Shown here in pieces: positions 13,912 to 23,150 of a stretch of 32,000 nucleotides of DNA. A program made the position numbers and the translations under genes. The first letter of the stretch is position 1; every line of letters begins with the position of its first letter. The notes under the pieces were generated by a model. That model was not told the DNA's origin. It saw only the letters and a program-made list of their open reading frames with translations, and did no database searches. Source of the stretch: Candidatus Electrothrix sp. GW3-4 (lineage in GTDB: Bacteria > Desulfobacterota > Desulfobulbia > Desulfobulbales > Desulfobulbaceae); assembly GCF_037902255.1 (NCBI RefSeq), contig NZ_CP147990.1:3810001-3842000 (forward strand). Direction: 5' to 3'.

Positions 13912-15630
13912 CTACCGCCCATGCTCCTCATCCAACAGCTCTTTCATCTCCATAGCATGATCAAACTCCTTAATCTCTTCCTTCCTGAGCAGGAGGTCTT
14001 TCAGGGCAAAGACCTGGAGACGGCAGGACTGGCTGAACAGGCGGTTGGCCATAAGTAATGAAGAGATCTCCCGTTCATCAATATCCTTTGCAGCAGCCAA
14101 TTCCATAACCGTGCTGAGAAATTGAGCATCCTGCTGTTCAATATGAATCACCGTACGCAGCAGGATGCGGTATTGTTCCTGATGATCACCCATCATATCG
14201 AAAAAACTATTGATACTGTGATATAAGCCGATAAGACGACGCCGAAACAACCGGTACTGCCGGTTCAGATGCTTATTTTCTGAGCTGTCAAATTCCTCCA
14301 TATCATGACGGAGCCCTTTGACGTTCTTCATGGAATTCATGATATTGCGGGAGGCATAGATCATCCGCTCCAGGGCCTTAGCCTCTTCTTCCTCCAGCTT
14401 GGCGTTCAAGAGTTTAGCATAAAACTCAATAATCTCACCATGCAAGAGTTTGGCATTTTCATAAAAATCTCTCAGGGTATTTCGACGACCGAGATTTTTT
14501 TGAAAGGGCAGCGTATGGTCAAAGACCAGCTTATCGTCAATACCAAAGGTCTTGAGGGCGTAGAACTGACATTCCTCAAAGAGATGCAGGGTTTCTTTGC
14601 GCAGGGAAGAAGTGGCAGCATCCAGCACCTCTGTGGGCGTATTATTGAGATAGACGGTAAGCACCGCTTTTCGTTCAGGAAAAACCCGAAGAAGAACCCG
14701 GGACATGTAGCCGATGAACGGGAGAAAAATCACTGCTCCTATCAGATTGAACAGGGAATGAAAAAGCGCTAATCCCATGACGGCATTGGCTGAGGTATCA
14801 AAAAACAGCTCGACCACATGAGTTAAAGGACCCAAGCTGATAAAGGCAACAACCCCAGTCACCACATTGAAGAAAAGATGACTGGTCCCCACCCGTTTTT
14901 TTATAGGCATACCGCCGACAGCGCCGAGCAGTACCGTGACCGTGGTACCGATATTAGCTCCGATCACCATTGCCGCCGCAATCTCAAAGTTAATCAACCC
15001 GCTGTTAAGTCCGGTAAGAATGATGGCAATGGAAGCTGCACTGGCCTGCATGATAGCTGTCATGAGGATGCCAAAGAGCAAATAGAGCCAAATTCCATAA
15101 CCAGCAAGCGCCGTCAGGTCAACGTACTGGGTATAGGCCTCCACGCTGGTCTTCATATAATCAAGACCAAGCAGAAGAAAACCAAAACCGATCAGGAGTC
15201 GGCTGGCCTGATAAATTTTTGACGACGGATTAATGATGATGGCAATAAGGCCGGAACAGGCGATGAAGGGAAAGGCCATGCTTGAAATTTTGATTTTAAA
15301 ACCAAAGGCTGCCACAATCCATGCCGTCAGGGTCGTGCCGATATTCGCCCCCATCATCACGCCGATGCCGTTTTCCATAGTCATCACCCCGGCCCCGACA
15401 AAGGCCAATACCATGAGGGACACGGCAGAGCTGGACTGAAGGATTGCTGTGATGAGAGCACCACTCCCTATGGAGCGGAGACGACCATTAGTATAAAAAC
15501 GAATCATCTGGCGAAAGGCCTTGCCGGACATGATCCGGACAGAGTCCTCCAAAAGAAACATGCCGTAAAGAAAGATCGACAAGCCCGCTGCCAGTTTCCA
15601 AAAATCTATAGGGATATCCATAAAAAGCAC
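13912..15630 (-). CDS. Na+/phosphate symporter family protein with a C-terminal PhoU-like helical domain
   Basis: 572-aa ORF with duplicated Na_Pi_cotrans blocks (GALITAILQSSSAVSLMVLAFVGAG, GANIGTTLTAW; second copy MQASAASIAIILTG, GANIGTTVTVLLGA) and a soluble helical C-terminus. The start is GTG at 15630 or ATG at 15621. The stop is TAG. Confidence 0.85.
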   Translation of the reverse strand: MLFMDIPIDFWKLAAGLSIFLYGMFLLEDSVRIMSGKAFRQMIRFYTNGRLRSIGSGALITAILQSSSAVSLMVLAFVGAGVMTMENGIGVMMGANIGTTLTAWIVAAFGFKIKISSMAFPFIACSGLIAIIINPSSKIYQASRLLIGFGFLLLGLDYMKTSVEAYTQYVDLTALAGYGIWLYLLFGILMTAIMQASAASIAIILTGLNSGLINFEIAAAMVIGANIGTTVTVLLGAVGGMPIKKRVGTSHLFFNVVTGVVAFISLGPLTHVVELFFDTSANAVMGLALFHSLFNLIGAVIFLPFIGYMSRVLLRVFPERKAVLTVYLNNTPTEVLDAATSSLRKETLHLFEECQFYALKTFGIDDKLVFDHTLPFQKNLGRRNTLRDFYENAKLLHGEIIEFYAKLLNAKLEEEEAKALERMIYASRNIMNSMKNVKGLRHDMEEFDSSENKHLNRQYRLFRRRLIGLYHSINSFFDMMGDHQEQYRILLRTVIHIEQQDAQFLSTVMELAAAKDIDEREISSLLMANRLFSQSCRLQVFALKDLLLRKEEIKEFDHAMEMKELLDEEHGR

Positions 15631-15957
15631 ATATGTGTATTTTGTTTTTCCTTGTTATTCTTGTCATCAAGGTCTGCAAATAACACAGTCCCTTTTTTCA
15701 GCTTATAGAAAGCAACGTATTTATTCAAGCAGCATCAGGCGGGGGAAGCGGAATTGGTGTGTAGGAGTAAGGAGAAAGTCAGGGGAAATACGTTGCCGGA
15801 TCGACCACAGCCGTTATAATCCCATTTATATGAAAGGGTCGGGTAACTTGTTTACCTCGCCAACCAACTTCATCGTTTGTTGTCCCTCCCCAAGGGGAGG
15901 AATGGGGGATATAATGAAATCCAAAAATATCGATGAATCGACAGATCACAATAAAAC

Positions 15958-16584
15958 ATGATAGCTACCCTCTCTGGAATTCTTCAACATAAGGACCCGG
16001 CCTCAGTCATCCTTGACGTACAAGGCGTAGGCTACGAGGTGCAACTCTCCAGCCGAACCTATGACAAGCTGCCCCTGGCAGGGGAAAAGGCCTTTCTCCA
16101 TATCCATACCCATGTCCGGGAAGACGCTATTATTCTGTACGGCTTCACCGATAGGGACCAAAAAAGGCTCTTTCTCCTCCTCACCGGGGTCTCCGGGGTC
16201 GGCCCTAAGCTGGCCCTCGCCATCCTCTCCGGCATTGAGCCCGCCGAGCTCTGCAATGCCGTCAACCTCAAGGATCTGTCCCGCCTGACCGCCCTGTCCG
16301 GGGTGGGCAAGAAGACGGCCCAGCGGCTCTGCATGGAATTGGCCGACAAGGTGGGCGGCTTGGCCCTAGAACAAGCAGGTCCCCTCTCTGGTCAGGGAGG
16401 GACTGCGCCTCCCCGTAATGAGGGCTTTGCCCTACAGGATGCGGCCTCGGCCCTGGTCAATCTCGGTTATCCCCAGGAGACGGCCTGGCAAGCCCTGCGT
16501 TCAGTCCAACAGACCGACCCGGAAGGGGCTGCTGAGATGCAGGTGGATGAATTGATTCGCAACGCCCTGAGGAGTCTAGCATGA
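15958..16584 (+). CDS. ruvA: Holliday junction DNA helicase subunit RuvA
   Basis: The N-terminus [12 protein letters not shown]...[15 protein letters not shown]...[16 protein letters not shown] and the HhH region [18 protein letters not shown]...[12 protein letters not shown] are classic RuvA. It overlaps ruvB by 4 nt. Confidence 0.93.
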   Translation: MIATLSGILQHKDPASVILDVQGVGYEVQLSSRTYDKLPLAGEKAFLHIHTHVREDAIILYGFTDRDQKRLFLLLTGVSGVGPKLALAILSGIEPAELCNAVNLKDLSRLTALSGVGKKTAQRLCMELADKVGGLALEQAGPLSGQGGTAPPRNEGFALQDAASALVNLGYPQETAWQALRSVQQTDPEGAAEMQVDELIRNALRSLA

Positions 16585-17630
16585 ATTTTGAAGAAGATCT
16601 CACCGGTAAGCGAATCGTTGAGGGGGAAAAGCAGATTGACGATGCCCTGCCGGATCTCAATCTGCGCCCACAACGGCTGGACGAGTACATCGGTCAGGAG
16701 CAGGTCAAGAACAGCCTCCAGGTCTTTATCCAGGCGGCCCGCCAGCGGGGCGAGGCCCTGGACCATGTCCTCTTTCACGGCTTTCCCGGCCTGGGCAAGA
16801 CCACCCTGGCCTATATCATTGCCAATGAGATGGGGGCAGGGATCAAGACGACCTCAGGCCCGGTAATTGAGCGCTCCGGGGATCTGGCCGCCATCCTCAC
16901 CAGCCTCCAGGCCGGGGACGTGCTCTTTATCGATGAGATCCATCGGCTCAACCATGCCGTGGAGGAGATCCTCTATCCAGCCATGGAGGATTACCAACTG
17001 GACCTGGTCATTGGCCAGGGGCCAGGGGCCCGCTCGGTCAAGATCGATCTGCCCCGCTTCACCCTGGTCGGAGCCACCACCCGCACCGGGCTGCTCACCC
17101 CGCCCCTTCGCGACCGCTTCGGGGTCCTCCTACGCCTGGAATTTTACAGCCCGGAAGAGCTGGTGACCATTGTTCAGCGCTCATCCGGGGTCCTTGGTAT
17201 TGAGATCGATGCGGCTGGTGCCTTGGAGCTGGGGCGTCGTTCCCGAGGAACGCCCAGGATCGCCAACCGCCTCCTCCGCCGGGTCCGGGATTTCTCCGAG
17301 GTCGGGGGGCATGCCGTGGTTACCGCCGAGGTGGCGGACAAGGCCCTGGATATGCTGGCCGTGGATCGCTTTGGCCTGGATGAGATGGACCGCCGCATCC
17401 TCCTCACCCTGATTGATAAGTTTCAGGGCGGTCCCATCGGGCTGGATACTCTGGCTACAGCGGTCTGCGAGGAAAAAACCACCCTGGAAGATGTCTACGA
17501 GCCTTTTCTCATCCAATCCGGCTTCCTGATGCGGACCCCACGGGGGCGGATGGCCACGGCAGCGGTGTATGAGCATTTTGAGAGAAAGGTGCCGGGCAGC
17601 TTTGCCCAGCAGGCGAACCTGTTCGAGTAA
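16581..17630 (+). CDS. ruvB: Holliday junction DNA helicase RuvB
   Basis: [16 protein letters not shown], Walker [12 protein letters not shown], Walker [29 protein letters not shown] and [15 protein letters not shown]. Confidence 0.95.
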   Translation: MNFEEDLTGKRIVEGEKQIDDALPDLNLRPQRLDEYIGQEQVKNSLQVFIQAARQRGEALDHVLFHGFPGLGKTTLAYIIANEMGAGIKTTSGPVIERSGDLAAILTSLQAGDVLFIDEIHRLNHAVEEILYPAMEDYQLDLVIGQGPGARSVKIDLPRFTLVGATTRTGLLTPPLRDRFGVLLRLEFYSPEELVTIVQRSSGVLGIEIDAAGALELGRRSRGTPRIANRLLRRVRDFSEVGGHAVVTAEVADKALDMLAVDRFGLDEMDRRILLTLIDKFQGGPIGLDTLATAVCEEKTTLEDVYEPFLIQSGFLMRTPRGRMATAAVYEHFERKVPGSFAQQANLFE

Positions 17631-17654
17631 CCAGTGCCAGCTGCCCTGTCCTGG

Positions 17655-18728
17655 TCAGACTATCTTCACATCCAGGATATCCACCAGGCTGCCATCATAC
17701 TCATTGAGCACCATCGTCTTCAGGGCGGCATAGTCATTGACCGTAATCGCCAGGCTGCTCACTGCCGAACCGGCGAATCTGGACAGCGTGTAGTCCCCAT
17801 TCCCGGTCACGGGCACCAGCAGGCCCTTGGCACCCTCGTCCTGCATAGCAATCAACCTGAAGGCAAGAAGATCATCCTGTAGATTATGCTCGACCTGGAC
17901 CCGGAGGTGCTCGTCCGCCGTGACGGTGCCACCCTTGATAGACACATAGGGTGTAGCCGCGCTGCCGGTGAGTATCCCGCTATTCATGGGCGGCCCGCTG
18001 CTGCTGATGGTGATACCCAGCGGCGTACGGAGCCTTTGACCGTAGCTGCCCGTGCGGATCGAGCCGTGTTCGGTATAGCGGGTGGTGATGGACACCGTAT
18101 ATTCGTTATTCCAGGGATTGGATTGGGCCGGGATATGGGGCACGATCAGCACTTCCCGCTCCGTGATATCAGCAAATTGGCTCTGCACCTCGCTACCGCT
18201 CTCGGTTCCGGCGAGCACGCAGCAGTTATCCGAATCTTCCTCATCAAAGCCAAGGTAATTACCGGTGAGCCGCAGGACGCCCTCTGGGTTGAGCACATTG
18301 TTCAGCCGGGTCTTGGTGTCTGTAGCGGCCTGGATTGCCGGGATATTTTCTGTCCAGGACTCACGGACCAGGTTTGCATTCGCCTGCAGCTCCCGGACAA
18401 GAGGACGCGAGGCCGAGACATTGAGCTTCAGGAGTTCCTCCATAGGCGGCAGCGACGCATCCGGGGTGGCCAATCGGGCATGAAAGGAGGGTCGGAAAGT
18501 GAGGGCATCTTCCAGGGTGACCTGCATGCCTTCGAGCAGCAGCTCCATGATTTCTCCCATCGCTGACTGGAGATGATTCTTGATCTATTCCACCGAAGAA
18601 CCGGGGTTCTTCAGGGCAACCCGGGCCGCCACCTCGTCATAGCCCGCTGTCCCCTGTGGGATAAAGCGGAGCCGGTAAGATACAGGTTTGGTCAGGGGAT
18701 TGAGCTCTACGCGATAGTGAATAGCCAT
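17655..18728 (-). pseudogene. HU-like DNA-binding N-domain + DUF4469-like protein, interrupted by an in-frame TAG (codon 48)
   Basis: The ATG at 18728 has a strong RBS (AAAGGAGG) and opens MAIHYRVELNPLTKPVSYRLRFIPQGTAGYDEVAARVALKNPGSSVE. A TAG follows at 18585-18587, and the same frame then continues as IKNHLQSAMGEIMELLLEGMQVTLEDALTFRPSF into the 301-aa ORF 17655-18560. This layout resembles the Bacteroidetes-type HU-related/DUF4469 family (family assignment from memory, moderate certainty). Confidence 0.6.
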
Positions 18729-18905
18729 GACGATGTCCTCCTTTGGGGGTAAGGTATTGATACATCCGGATATAAGTAGATTTTTCCAAAGTACGCGGCA
18801 GGGGACCTGCTGTCAACAAAAATATGGCAACTATGGAATATTTCGTTACTAGAGGCAGCGGGAAGGCACGGGAGCAAGATGGAACGCAGGTGAGGGAGAA
18901 AGTGG

Positions 18906-19038
18906 ATGCTCTAGCATGGAGTGATTCTACATGCTAGCATTGAGACCCTCTACATGCTAGCTTTGGGAGTCTCTCCATGCTTGCATTGAGACCCTCTACA
19001 TGCTGGCATTGAGATTTTCTACATGCTGGCATGGACTA
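18906..19038. repeat. Array of about six 21-25-bp direct repeats with a palindromic core (consensus CTACATGCTAGCATTGAGACCCT)
   Basis: Units occupy 18906-18926, 18927-18949, 18950-18974, 18975-18995, 18996-19018 and 19019-19038. The core is ATGCTAGCAT, a 10-bp perfect palindrome in unit 18927-18949 and degenerate in the other units (ATGCTGGCAT in 18996-19018 and 19019-19038). The array lies in the divergent intergenic region between the HU-like gene and the low-GC islet. Confidence 0.85.
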
Positions 19039-19216
19039 AAATCCCATCCCTGATCTGCATACTGAGTGTGTTGTTTTGTGGAGATTTCCCTGTTGACATG
19101 GGGAGTTCCGGTGTCTATGTTGGATGATTAAGTATCTCTGGAGATAACAGGAAATTGAGAATGAAAAATTTCCACTTATTAACACTGGTTGCTTATACAA
19201 CAAAGAGGATAAGTAA

Positions 19217-19873
19217 TTGGAATACCTGAAGCTACTTCTGGAATATATAAAAGTTCTAGTTTGGCCAATAGTTACCGTCGTTCTAGCTTTTACATTTAAA
19301 GATTCGTTAATGGAGTTATTGTCAAGGCTTCAGAAAGCTGACTTACCTGGTGATGTTTCTTTAGACTTTACGCAAAACTTGGAGGAAGCAAAGGAACTAT
19401 CTAGGAAGGTGGAAGAAACTCCTATGAGAGAGGAGCATAAAAACGTACCAACTATCCCTTTAACCGATGCAAACTCTCGTTTAATATCTGTTGGATTACA
19501 GCCTTCTCCTTCGGGATTAGATATGAACTACTACCGTGAACTTGCCAATCAAGATCCAAATTTAGCTTTGGCAGGTTTGAGAATGGAAGTTGATGTGTTG
19601 GCTAGGAACCTCGCTAAAGGATTTAATATAAATATCAAAAAAAATGATGGGGGCATGAGGATTCTTGACGTTTTATATCACAATGGCGCTATATATAAAG
19701 AACAAATGATGCTTGCTAAAAAGGTGCTATCCTTATGTAATGCCGCAATTCACGGAAAAAACGTATCAAAAGGGCAAGCATTAGATGTAATAGATCTAAC
19801 AGATGTTCTAAAAGGGGATTATATACGCTGGCTAAGCTGGGGGTTTCCTGATGGCTGGCAACCACCTGAATAA
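19217..19873 (+). CDS. Hypothetical membrane-anchored protein with a DUF4145-like C-terminal domain (low-GC gene)
   Basis: 218-aa ORF from a TTG start (RBS-like AGAGGA upstream). It has an N-terminal TM (VLVWPIVTVVLAFTF). The C-terminal helices LAGLRMEVDVLARNLAK ... LSLCNAAIHG resemble the R/E...N-A-x-H signature I associate with DUF4145. G+C is about one third in sampled lines. Confidence 0.55.
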   Translation: MEYLKLLLEYIKVLVWPIVTVVLAFTFKDSLMELLSRLQKADLPGDVSLDFTQNLEEAKELSRKVEETPMREEHKNVPTIPLTDANSRLISVGLQPSPSGLDMNYYRELANQDPNLALAGLRMEVDVLARNLAKGFNINIKKNDGGMRILDVLYHNGAIYKEQMMLAKKVLSLCNAAIHGKNVSKGQALDVIDLTDVLKGDYIRWLSWGFPDGWQPPE

Positions 19874-19993
19874 TATACGCATAACACTGAGGTTATAAGT
19901 TGGCAATGCATGGTTCTCTTTTGTTGCACTCAGGCAGACTTACATGGGTTTCATGCAGGAATTCAGCAAAATACAAAAAGTTAATCAATAACA

Positions 19994-20440
19994 ATGGCAA
20001 GTCGCAATCTGGATTATTTGAAAATCGAACCGTGGCATTTCTTTTCAAATGAAAAGGAAAAGACGAAGTTTAATTGGTTCGCATTTGAATTGGCATGCGA
20101 GATTGATCGCGCGGTACCTTTTGCAACCAAGAAGTATTTAGCTAGAAAAGGCTATACAAAACAACGATTCAACAAGTCATGTATAAACCTGGCAATGTTA
20201 CTGCAAGGAATAGTGCTGAAGAAATTGAGGGGTGAGATCCCGGAGATGGAAATAAATCACACCGAAGTAGAAAAGGCATTTCCGAGGCTAAATAACAAGA
20301 ACGTCAATAAGCTGCTAAACTACACAGGAAAGGCTTGGGAAAACCTGCTGGATATCTGTATTTCATGTCCTTCAGCATGCATTTCAAATAAAGACGAGTA
20401 TTGCGTGATGTTTGATGATGAGTCGTACTATAGCCTATGA
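19994..20440 (+). CDS. Hypothetical 148-aa protein with a C-terminal Cys cluster (low-GC gene)
   Basis: ATG-initiated ORF with the C-terminal cluster CISCPSACISNKDEYC. No family recognised. Its composition matches the preceding gene. Confidence 0.5.
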   Translation: MASRNLDYLKIEPWHFFSNEKEKTKFNWFAFELACEIDRAVPFATKKYLARKGYTKQRFNKSCINLAMLLQGIVLKKLRGEIPEMEINHTEVEKAFPRLNNKNVNKLLNYTGKAWENLLDICISCPSACISNKDEYCVMFDDESYYSL

Positions 20441-20586
20441 AAAGTTGCATCACAAAAAGATGCGCAGATCCGATTAAGCGAAGCGAAACCAGACAAGTTG
20501 AGTAATGCGTTGCCCGTTTTCGTTGTTCTGAAATGAATATTTCAAGAAAGATGAAGAAAGCACTAAGAAGATAACAGAAGGGCCCT

Positions 20587-21099
20587 ATGACAGATATAAT
20601 CAAAGCAGGCATACTCTCAGATACCCATCTGACCCGCCCGAACCGGGACTTCCTTGATGCTGCCCGCAAGTGCTTTGCCGACTGCCAGGTGATTATCCAC
20701 GCTGGCGATCTGACCGACATCTCGGTACTCGACGTCTTTTCTGATAAAACCGTGTACGCAGTCCACGGCAACTGTTGCGGCAGGGCCAGCCACACTACCC
20801 TACCCAGGGAGCGCAGCTTTCAATTAGGCAACTTCACCATCGGCCTGCTCCATGGGTACAACCTGGGGAGATACGCCGACATTATCGAAGCCGGGCTCTG
20901 GGATGTCTTCCCGGAGGCGGACTGCATCATCTACGGTCATACCCATGATCCGGTCTGTAAGCGAGTAGCAGGAAAGCTCATTATTAATCCAGGAGCCTTT
21001 CAGCTCAACAGCTGGTACAGTGCGCCTTGTCCCTATGCAATCCTGGAGGCAGGGAAGGAGCTCAAGGGAAAGATTTGCGAATATCGTCCCACATCATAA
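20587..21099 (+). CDS. YfcE/MJ0936-type metallophosphoesterase
   Basis: Motifs in the canonical order GILSDTHL, HAGDL, VHGNC and GHTHDP; 170 aa. Confidence 0.85.
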   Translation: MTDIIKAGILSDTHLTRPNRDFLDAARKCFADCQVIIHAGDLTDISVLDVFSDKTVYAVHGNCCGRASHTTLPRERSFQLGNFTIGLLHGYNLGRYADIIEAGLWDVFPEADCIIYGHTHDPVCKRVAGKLIINPGAFQLNSWYSAPCPYAILEAGKELKGKICEYRPTS

Positions 21100-21392
21100 A
21101 GTGCGACATTATCCCTATCTCAACCCTATCACCCAATAGAAAAGAAGGATTCTATGGAACCACAAAAAGTCATCATGGCTGGTAACAGCATACAAAAGTG
21201 GTGCAGACCTCACCAATCTCACTCCCCGTTCAACACCCACCTCCTTTTTGGGAGCTGACAACCGAATAAACGGTTCTGGTGGCTGCAGCAGGTCTTTTGC
21301 TGCCTATACAGCCAGTGCCTCCACTCGGAGTATCAAGGTCTATCCCCGGTTTTCGCATTACATAAACAACTCATAGGTTGGAGAAAATACGA

Positions 21393-22106
21393 ATGAAACC
21401 AAACAAGATAATGATGTTTGTCGCCCTGCTGGGCTCTATGGGCACTCTCTTTGCCCTTGCCGGACTGGTGGAAAATGGCACGCCAGAGGCTGTAGCGGAT
21501 GAGAAGCCGACGGAACAGCAGAACGCGCCTGCTCAAGATGCTCCGGCTGCTGCTTTTCCTGATTATGAGATCGGGTTATTCAGCCATAAGGCCCATATGA
21601 ACGACGTGGGACTGCAATGCAACGACTGCCATAACAAGATCTTTCAAATGTCAGCCACCAGCGCTAAGGCCAATGATGACTTCAATAAAATCTCCTTCGG
21701 GGAGGGAAAATACTGCGGTGCCTGTCATAACGGATCCGTGGCCTTTGGTGTTCAGGACGAAGCCCACTGTAGCCGCTGTCATGGTAATGACGTCAATCCC
21801 CCGGATACTATTCTCCTCGAAAAACCGCTCAAGGCAGTCCTTTTTGATCACGCCTTACATAATAAGGAACTCGGCCTTGCCTGCAATGAATGTCATATGA
21901 AGCTCTTTGCTATGAAAACGGGAATTACGGTCGAGCAAGCTGATTTCACTATGGAATCCATGTATAACGGCAAATACTGCGGCGCCTGCCATAACGGTAG
22001 CTTGGCTTTTGGTCTTAAGGGCAACTGCTCCAAATGTCATGCTGATACGCCGGAATACAGGCGTGCAACCTCTGGGACGGGAGAGAAGGGGGAGGCTAAG
22101 CAGTAG
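21393..22106 (+). CDS. Secreted hexaheme c-type cytochrome made of two tandem c7-type triheme modules
   Basis: Six CxxCH motifs (CNDCH, CGACH, CSRCH; CNECH, CGACH, CSKCH). Each module is preceded by FxHxxH (FSHKAHM, FDHALHN). Signal peptide MKPNKIMMFVALLGSMGTLFALAG. I prefer the ATG at 21393 (GGAG upstream) over the TTG at 21378 in the ORF track. Confidence 0.85.
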   Translation: MKPNKIMMFVALLGSMGTLFALAGLVENGTPEAVADEKPTEQQNAPAQDAPAAAFPDYEIGLFSHKAHMNDVGLQCNDCHNKIFQMSATSAKANDDFNKISFGEGKYCGACHNGSVAFGVQDEAHCSRCHGNDVNPPDTILLEKPLKAVLFDHALHNKELGLACNECHMKLFAMKTGITVEQADFTMESMYNGKYCGACHNGSLAFGLKGNCSKCHADTPEYRRATSGTGEKGEAKQ

Positions 22107-22130
22107 CACTGTGATTGGAGGATGATTTTT

Positions 22131-23150
22131 CTACCTTGCCTTGTCCTTATGCGGTGCTGAAGAGAGAGGAGGAACTGCGGGGGACGCTCCATGGGTTTTC
22201 TGTAAAGCGTACCTCCGCATTATAGAATAAACCTGTTCTTTCATAACCTTGTTGGCGAGAACCAGGCCTTCTTCGTTAAAATGGACAAAATCTCTAAATA
22301 AATTAGCGGGGTATTTCTTATACTCTTTTCCCCACAAAAAATTGCTATATTTTCTCTCCAGTTCAGGAAAAAAATCGGAAAACATTTTCTTATATTCTCC
22401 TTGAGCATAGTTGTTCTTTTGCTGGGCCGGTGCCGGGATATAATAAAAATCAATCCCCTTTTCCTGAAGAAGAGCGAGCAATTTCCCCAGATGAAAGACA
22501 GAGGAATTCGTCCCTCTTTGTTTCATCTTTCGGTAAACCTTTAGCAAAGAATACTTATTATATGTAAAGGCTGCGCTCTCCTGATCAAGCCCAGAGTACA
22601 TATCAGCGTTGGTATAACCGAGTATCTTTTTCTGCATCTGCAACTTATGCTTATATGAAAACAGCACCTTATAGGTAATCGTCTTTGCCATCATGGTCAG
22701 GTCATACTTGGCAAGAAAGACCTCATATATCTCCCTCCACTCTGTGAAAACCCGCAAGACGAAGTTCTCTGTAACCGCCTGATTCAGATCTCTATCAATA
22801 AAGGGAAGGCCTGTGAAGATGACAGCCTTTGGCGGGGGATTCCTTTCTAAAAATCTCTGGATAAGAAAGTATTGCCCTGTCATCTCTATGGCCTGATTTG
22901 TCGCAAGGACAGCAAATCTCGAGTCAGGATAATATTGCGACGAAAGCTGGAGGCCAACGCTATCCCCAATCAAGACATATCCGACATCATAGCGGGTTGT
23001 TTTCAGTTGCTGCACCAGCTGATCGACTTCATGGCTGGAGAACAACCCGCCAAACTTTTTCGCGACTCCATACTCACAGCAAACGATGAAGAGTAGAGCG
23101 AGAATAAAGGCAGAGGGAATTCTTTTAAAATTGAAAATAGATGAATTCAT
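22131..23150 (-). CDS. SGNH/GDSL-like partner protein of the MBOAT acyltransferase (AlgJ/DltD-like role)
   Basis: N-terminal TM anchor, block I LIGDSVG, and a late DFVHFN (D-x-x-H) motif. It overlaps the upstream MBOAT gene by 26 nt if it starts at 23150; alternative starts are 23156 and 23177. Confidence 0.6.
   Translation of the reverse strand: MNSSIFNFKRIPSAFILALLFIVCCEYGVAKKFGGLFSSHEVDQLVQQLKTTRYDVGYVLIGDSVGLQLSSQYYPDSRFAVLATNQAIEMTGQYFLIQRFLERNPPPKAVIFTGLPFIDRDLNQAVTENFVLRVFTEWREIYEVFLAKYDLTMMAKTITYKVLFSYKHKLQMQKKILGYTNADMYSGLDQESAAFTYNKYSLLKVYRKMKQRGTNSSVFHLGKLLALLQEKGIDFYYIPAPAQQKNNYAQGEYKKMFSDFFPELERKYSNFLWGKEYKKYPANLFRDFVHFNEEGLVLANKVMKEQVYSIMRRYALQKTHGASPAVPPLSSAPHKDKAR

Noticed and set aside
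13008-18587. In-frame TAG codons (13008-13010 in the transposase remnant, 18585-18587 in the HU-like gene) as pyrrolysine or stop-codon recoding
   Set aside because: TAG is the ordinary terminator of at least three well-supported genes in this window (Na/Pi symporter at 13912, cysE at 28062, hypothetical gene at 30405). No pyl genes are visible, and the transposase is otherwise clearly degraded. Simple nonsense mutation or sequencing error is more parsimonious.
18999-19016. TGGCATTGAGATTTTC inside the repeat array as a sigma54 (-24/-12) promoter
   Set aside because: The -24 GG is present, but the -12 position reads TT rather than GC, and the same word is simply part of the repeat unit.
20304-20795. 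Minus-strand 163-aa ORF spanning the junction of the low-GC islet and the metallophosphoesterase gene
   Set aside because: It overlaps two better-supported plus-strand genes and crosses a sharp compositional boundary, so it is unlikely to be real.
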